NCBI GenBank assembly: GCA_963783305.1
Contig: CAWAMW010000007.1
Location: forward strand, 224,001-288,000
Source of the DNA: an uncultured Gemmatimonadales bacterium
GTDB taxonomy: Bacteria; Gemmatimonadota; Gemmatimonadetes; Longimicrobiales; RSA9
Length of the DNA stretch: 64,000 bases
Direction: 5' to 3'
The notes beneath the pieces are model-generated. The model worked only from the letters and a program-made list of their open reading frames with translations, ran no database searches and was not told where the DNA came from. Every line of letters begins with the position of its first letter. Within the stretch, counting starts at the first letter, position 1. The position numbers and the translations under genes are program-made. Positions 59,582 to 64,000 of the stretch are shown here, in pieces.

Positions 59582-59630
59582 CTTTGTTCGCTTACCGAAC
59601 AAAGTGCGGGGGATGCACCCGGATTGTCAA
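59582..59630 (-). promoter_or_regulatory. Promoter with ROK/XylR-type operator 2
   Basis: Palindrome CTTTGTTCG-CTTAC-CGAACAAAG at 59582-59604; minus-strand TTGACA at 59630-59625. Confidence 0.8.
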
Positions 59631-59689
59631 GCGCGACGTGCCTCCCGACCCGGGACGACGGGGAGCCGGGCGGCGGGTTGGGGGGCGGG

Positions 59690-60529
59690 TCAGTCCGCGG
59701 TGTAGACGCGGACCCAGTCCACTTCCAGGGTCTGGGGGAAAGGGGTGCTGAGGTTGGGGGGGCCGGGCCAGTTGCCACCGACGGCCACGTTCATGACGAG
59801 GTGGAATTCCTCATCGAAGGGGGCGGGGTACGGGTCGCCGGTCGAGTACCAGTCGGTCTGGGTCTGATAGTGCTCGCCGTCCACGTACCAGCGGATCTCC
59901 CCCTCCTCCCACTCGAGGGCGAAGACGTGGAAGTCATCGGCGAAGATCCCGGAGCCGAGCTGGTACCAGTCGCCGGTGTACTCGTTGGCCGGGGCCTCAC
60001 CGCCGTAGTGGAGGGTGCCGTGCACCCGGGCGGGCTCGTGGCCCACGAGCTCCATGATGTCGATCTCGCCGCTGGCGGCCCATGCTCCGTAGACGCTGTC
60101 GGTGGGGAGCATCCAGATGGCGGGCCAGATCCCCTGGCCCTGGGGAAGCCGTGCCCGGATCTCGAAGCGTCCGTACCGCCAGTCGCCGCGATCGATCGTG
60201 CGGATGCGCCCCGACGTGAAATTGCGGCCGTTCACGGACTCGCGGCGGGCGGTGATGGTGAGGAGCCCGTCGGCCACGTCCACGTTGTCGGCCTGGTACC
60301 ACTGACGCTCGTTGTTGCCCCACCCGCAGAGGTCGATGTCGCAGCCGTCCCCGGTCTGAACGTGCCACTTCGTCGAGTCCAGGGAGCTCCCGTCGAACTC
60401 GTCGGCCCACACGAGCTTCCAGTCGGACGTCGGGCCGGGCTCGTCGAGGCTGGCGGCGTTTCCGCATGCGAGGGCGCCGACCAGGGAGAGTGGAGTCGTC
60501 AGAAGGAAGATCCGGACGGGTGAGTTCAT
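59690..60529 (-). CDS. GH16 endo-1,3-beta-glucanase (laminarinase-type) lipoprotein
   Basis: GALAC lipobox, WADEF, WGNNE, WPAIWML, EIDIME catalytic motif. Confidence 0.92.
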   Translation of the reverse strand: MNSPVRIFLLTTPLSLVGALACGNAASLDEPGPTSDWKLVWADEFDGSSLDSTKWHVQTGDGCDIDLCGWGNNERQWYQADNVDVADGLLTITARRESVNGRNFTSGRIRTIDRGDWRYGRFEIRARLPQGQGIWPAIWMLPTDSVYGAWAASGEIDIMELVGHEPARVHGTLHYGGEAPANEYTGDWYQLGSGIFADDFHVFALEWEEGEIRWYVDGEHYQTQTDWYSTGDPYPAPFDEEFHLVMNVAVGGNWPGPPNLSTPFPQTLEVDWVRVYTAD

Positions 60530-61597
60530 GGAACGGCTTCCGTGAGAGTGACGCGGCAGGCGAAACAAAACATGTCGCAGCGGGCCGGGTTCGGCAACCG
60601 CCGAGGGGGGAGATTTGCCACTGCACCAGGGTGGGGAATGCGGTCGCCGTATGGCAGGGGAGCCCGGTCTCCGCGTGGTGTTCGCCCCCCGAGGCAGCCG
60701 GAGCGCGGGGGGGCGAGGGAGAGGGCGTCCGAAGCTCAGTGACTTGGCTCCGTTCGGGTGTAGCGGAGCAGCCAGGGCCGCAGCAGAAAGCTCAGCGCGA
60801 AGACGAGGACAATCAGGGCGAGCGGTACGAGCCGGGTAATGGCCAGCCGGCCAGGAACGCGAGTGAGGCAGCCTCAACCAGTCCCCCGAGGGAGCCGACG
60901 CACGCGACCCCGCGGCGAGAATGGAAAGCAGGAAGGTGGGGCTGCAACACCCCCCCCAGCACACACACAGGTAGCAAACAGGCTCGGGCTCCGCGTTACC
61001 CCTTCGTCCATACCTTCGTGTCTTTTGCCCAAGGAGGGTCGGACCCGGACATCCCTACACCAAGCAGTGGAGCGCAAGGAGCGTCGGAAAGGCTGAACCC
61101 GTGGTACGCGCGCCGACTCTCCATTGATCCGCCATCCACCCCGGAAGAGGCGCGGCGTATCGCCCGGCAGGTGCCCCAGGGGCATCGCACTCTGCTTGAG
61201 GAGGCCGTCCCGTACCTGATCGAGGTCGACCAGACGGGGACCCGTCGGCTGTTCACCCATGCCGGCTGGAGTCCCGGCAGAGCTATCCCGGGGTCACCGG
61301 AAGAGCCCGAAAGCCCTGGAGCCCGTCTCCGGGAGTTGAGCCCGACCTGGCTCTCGGTATCGGCCGTGCTTCGGCGAATGGGCGCCGACCGCCTCGCGCC
61401 GCTCCTCCCCGGCGTTCGACCCCACCCGCGCCTGCCGCGAGGGCTCATCGTCGACCTGCATGTGGCGCGCTGGTTCGGCCTCGAGATCTTCCACCTCCTG
61501 GGCTTCCGCAAACGCCACCGCGTCGAGTCCGTCCTGGTCCTGGTCCGTCGGGCTACGCGTCCTGACGCTTGGCGTCGATCGTGCACGGACGGAACGC

Positions 61598-62599
61598 ATG
61601 AGCAATCCGTTCGCCCGCCTGTTCCCCGGCCTGACCGGCCGCAGGGGCGCCATCGAGTCCATCGAGCCCCAGCGGACGTTCCGGGACGTTATCGTGCCGG
61701 CGCGCACGCGGCGGATGCTGGACGAGGCTCTGACCCAGGTCTACAGCTACGACCTGATCTTCGAGGATTGGGGGCTGGGTCAGCGGCACCCGACCGGTAC
61801 GGCGTTGGCGTTCAACTTCGCCGGCCCATCGGGGACGGGGAAGACGATCTGTGCCGAGGCGATCGCGCACCATCTGGGCAAACGGCTGCTGCTGGTGCGG
61901 TACGCCGAGCTGGAGTCCATGTGGTTCGGCGAGACACCCAAGAACGTCGCGGCGATCTTTCGCCTGGCACAGGAAGAGGACGCGGTGCTTTTCTTCGACG
62001 AGGCGGACGGGATCGCGGGCCGTCGCTCGACGGACGTGTCCCGCGGGATGCAGCGGGAGATGAACACGACGGTCAACGTCATGCTCCAGGAGCTGGAGCG
62101 CTACGACGGGGTGGTGATCTTCGCGACGAACCTGGCGGCGAACTTCGACCCGGCCTTCGAGCGTCGGATCCGGACCCACGTCCTCTTCCAGTTGCCGGAC
62201 CGGGAGGAGCGGGAGGAGATCTGGCGCGTGCAGCTGCATGATCGCACCCCACTGGCCGACGACGTCGACTTCGACGCGCTGGCCGAGGCCTACGCCGTGA
62301 GCGGGGGTGACATCCGCAATGCGGTGCTCAAGGCCGCCCTCTCGGCCGCCGCCGCGGAGGGGCCGGACGCCGAGAAGCGGATCCACCAGCGACACTTCAT
62401 CGACGGCATGGAAGAGGTCGTCCGGGCGAAGACCGTCATGAGCCAGTCGCTCATCGAGCCCTCGGAGGGGCCCTACGACGCGGCGCTGGCGGAGACCCGG
62501 GAGATGCTCGTGCAGATGCGCACCGCGGCCACGGTCGCCGCGGCCACCGCGGGCGTGGCGCTGCTGATCGCGCTGATTGCGCTGATCGTCGCGTTGTAA
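61598..62599 (+). CDS. AAA+ ATPase with C-terminal membrane anchor
   Basis: GPSGTGKT, FFDEAD, FATN, DPAFERR; hydrophobic C-terminus. Confidence 0.88.
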   Translation: MSNPFARLFPGLTGRRGAIESIEPQRTFRDVIVPARTRRMLDEALTQVYSYDLIFEDWGLGQRHPTGTALAFNFAGPSGTGKTICAEAIAHHLGKRLLLVRYAELESMWFGETPKNVAAIFRLAQEEDAVLFFDEADGIAGRRSTDVSRGMQREMNTTVNVMLQELERYDGVVIFATNLAANFDPAFERRIRTHVLFQLPDREEREEIWRVQLHDRTPLADDVDFDALAEAYAVSGGDIRNAVLKAALSAAAAEGPDAEKRIHQRHFIDGMEEVVRAKTVMSQSLIEPSEGPYDAALAETREMLVQMRTAATVAAATAGVALLIALIALIVAL

Positions 62600-62780
62600 G
62601 TCGCGCTTCCGTCCCGGATCAGCGGACGCGGCTGTCGATCTCCTGCGTTTCGTGGTGCGGAGCGGCTTGCCCACGATCCCCGCATGGTGCTACAGCAGGC
62701 ACGGCCGCACATAAGGCGGAAATGAGGAGTCGCCTCAGCCGGACGATGTTGGCCCGGTGGCCCCCCGCGTATATTCGATC

Positions 62781-63476
62781 ATGAGCACGACCACGATCAC
62801 ATCCGACCTCTGGCCCGACCCCCACCTCCGGGAGCTGGCCCGTGCGGCGCTCGACCTGCTCGGGGACCATCTGAACGTCCGGCACTTCCGGAAGGGGAAC
62901 CTGCTCTGGCGGGAAGGCGACACGTCCGGGATGCTGGTCTCCGTGAGAACAGGACGTGTAAAGATCTATCGCGTGCTGCCCGCGGGCCGCGAGGCGACAC
63001 TGTTCCTGTTCGGTCCCGGTGACATATTCGGCTTCCTGCCCTTCCTGGATGGCCAGCCCTACCCGGCCAACGCGCAGGCCGTGGACGATGTGGAAGCCGA
63101 CGTGATGGCCCGATCCACGCTCCTGGAGGTGCTCTCCGCGCAACCGGAGCTGGCCATGACCCTGCTCGGGCTGCTCGGGAGCAAACTCCGGACTTCCTTC
63201 GACCTGATCCGATCGCTTTCGACTCCCAGTGCCCGGGTACGCGTGGCCCAGGCGCTACTCGACATGATCCCGCCTCCATCCCGGGCCTCCGGCTCCATGA
63301 CCCTCCGCCTCCCCGTCTCGAACTACGAGTTCGCCGGCGCGCTCGGGCTCGTGCCGGAGACGTTTTCCCGGGTGCTTACCGGCCTGGTCCAGGACGGTGT
63401 ACTCGAGCGGACGGGCAACGGCCGCTATCGGATCCTGGACCTGGACGCATTGAAGACCGCTGCCCTCACGGGTTGA
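62781..63476 (+). CDS. Crp/Fnr family transcriptional regulator
   Basis: GRVKIYR, GPGDIFG, HTH LGLVPETFSRVL. Confidence 0.9.
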   Translation: MSTTTITSDLWPDPHLRELARAALDLLGDHLNVRHFRKGNLLWREGDTSGMLVSVRTGRVKIYRVLPAGREATLFLFGPGDIFGFLPFLDGQPYPANAQAVDDVEADVMARSTLLEVLSAQPELAMTLLGLLGSKLRTSFDLIRSLSTPSARVRVAQALLDMIPPPSRASGSMTLRLPVSNYEFAGALGLVPETFSRVLTGLVQDGVLERTGNGRYRILDLDALKTAALTG

Positions 63477-63486
63477 TTCGAGTCAA
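63473..63486. promoter_or_regulatory. FNR-like box
   Basis: TTGAT-TCGA-GTCAA, 9 of 10 match to TTGAT-N4-ATCAA. Confidence 0.6.
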
Positions 63487-63606
63487 TGCGGTCGGCCCCG
63501 GCCCTCGCGAACTTCCGGGTGAACGGGCCGACGGAGGCCCGAGGAGCGGGCGCCGGCACGGCCGGCCCACCGCGGCACGAGACTCAAAGGAAAGTGGGGG
63601 AATCCG

Positions 63607-64000
63607 ATGGTGGATCCTAAGGTGTTTCTCGATGCGGGCCTGGAACTGCACGGCCACAAGTGTCCGGCCATGCCCATGGGCCTGCGCTCTGGGGCCATCG
63701 CCATGAACGCGCTGGGCGTGGGGCGCTCCGGCGCCAAGACGCTGCTCGCCCTCGTGGAGCTGGGGGACGACCACTGTGCCCACTGCTTCGGGGACGGCGT
63801 CCAGATGGTCACGGGCTGCACGTTCGGGAAGGGGAATATCAGGAAGCTGGGGTACGGGAAGTTCGGCCTCACACTCGTGGACAAGCGCACCGGTCGTGCG
63901 GTGCGGGTGGTGCCCCGGGGCGAGGCGCAGATGGGGATGAAGCAGACGCCCTTCTTCACGGAGTACCGGATGAAGGGCATCCCGCCCACGGACGTGCCGG
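63607..64000 (+). CDS. FmdE family protein (partial, runs off the window)
   Basis: MVDPKVFLDAGLELHGHKCPAMPMGLR...HCAHCFGDGVQMVTGCTFGKGN; absent from the ORF track because no stop lies in the window. Confidence 0.85.
   Translation, partial: MVDPKVFLDAGLELHGHKCPAMPMGLRSGAIAMNALGVGRSGAKTLLALVELGDDHCAHCFGDGVQMVTGCTFGKGNIRKLGYGKFGLTLVDKRTGRAVRVVPRGEAQMGMKQTPFFTEYRMKGIPPTDVP

Noticed and set aside
60945..60970. C-run and ACACAC tract as a contingency locus
   Set aside because: Short, and not within or clearly upstream of a credible gene.
60466..62241. 591-aa plus-strand ORF as one real gene
   Set aside because: Mostly low-complexity Arg/Pro/Gly translation overlapping the AAA ATPase out of frame; only short patches look protein-like.

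Overview
High-GC bacterial chromosome segment; the gene order and protein styles suggest Gemmatimonadota (inference, not database-verified). 1-28.4 kb is housekeeping backbone: rlmD-like tail, biotin carrier, methylmalonyl-CoA mutase, argS, purM, ribD/E/BA/H-nusB, hpf-hprK-mannose-family PTS-ptsH-ptsI, metK, recO, selB, ptsN, dusB, larB and a GGDEF protein. It ends in the tmRNA gene (28443-28813, tag ANDNMALAA). The last 21 bp of the tmRNA recur three more times (30719, 42977, 45557), dividing about 17 kb into three tandem cassettes with no recognisable integrase. All three start with a homologous spacer plus terminator and end with GCATG before the core; cassettes 1 and 2 also share a 12-bp dyad and paired GCACAC motifs at near-fixed distances. 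Their cargo is unrelated: (1) an AbiEi/AbiEii toxin-antitoxin pair; (2) iorAB, a czcCBA-PII-czcD metal-efflux operon led by a His-rich HPPRA-ending leader ORF, and several internally deleted gene relics; (3) a penicillin-acylase-family Ntn hydrolase. 45.7-60.5 kb is a beta-glucan utilisation locus without SusC/SusD: a GH2-like enzyme fused to a probable beta-barrel, two GH3, an MFS transporter, a ROK repressor with two operator/promoter units of identical geometry, a lipoprotein with four 516-bp repeats, and a GH16. The window ends with an AAA ATPase, a Crp/Fnr regulator, an FNR-like box and a partial FmdE-family gene. Start codons were refined by hand from the ORF track; product calls rest on recognised motifs, not database searches.
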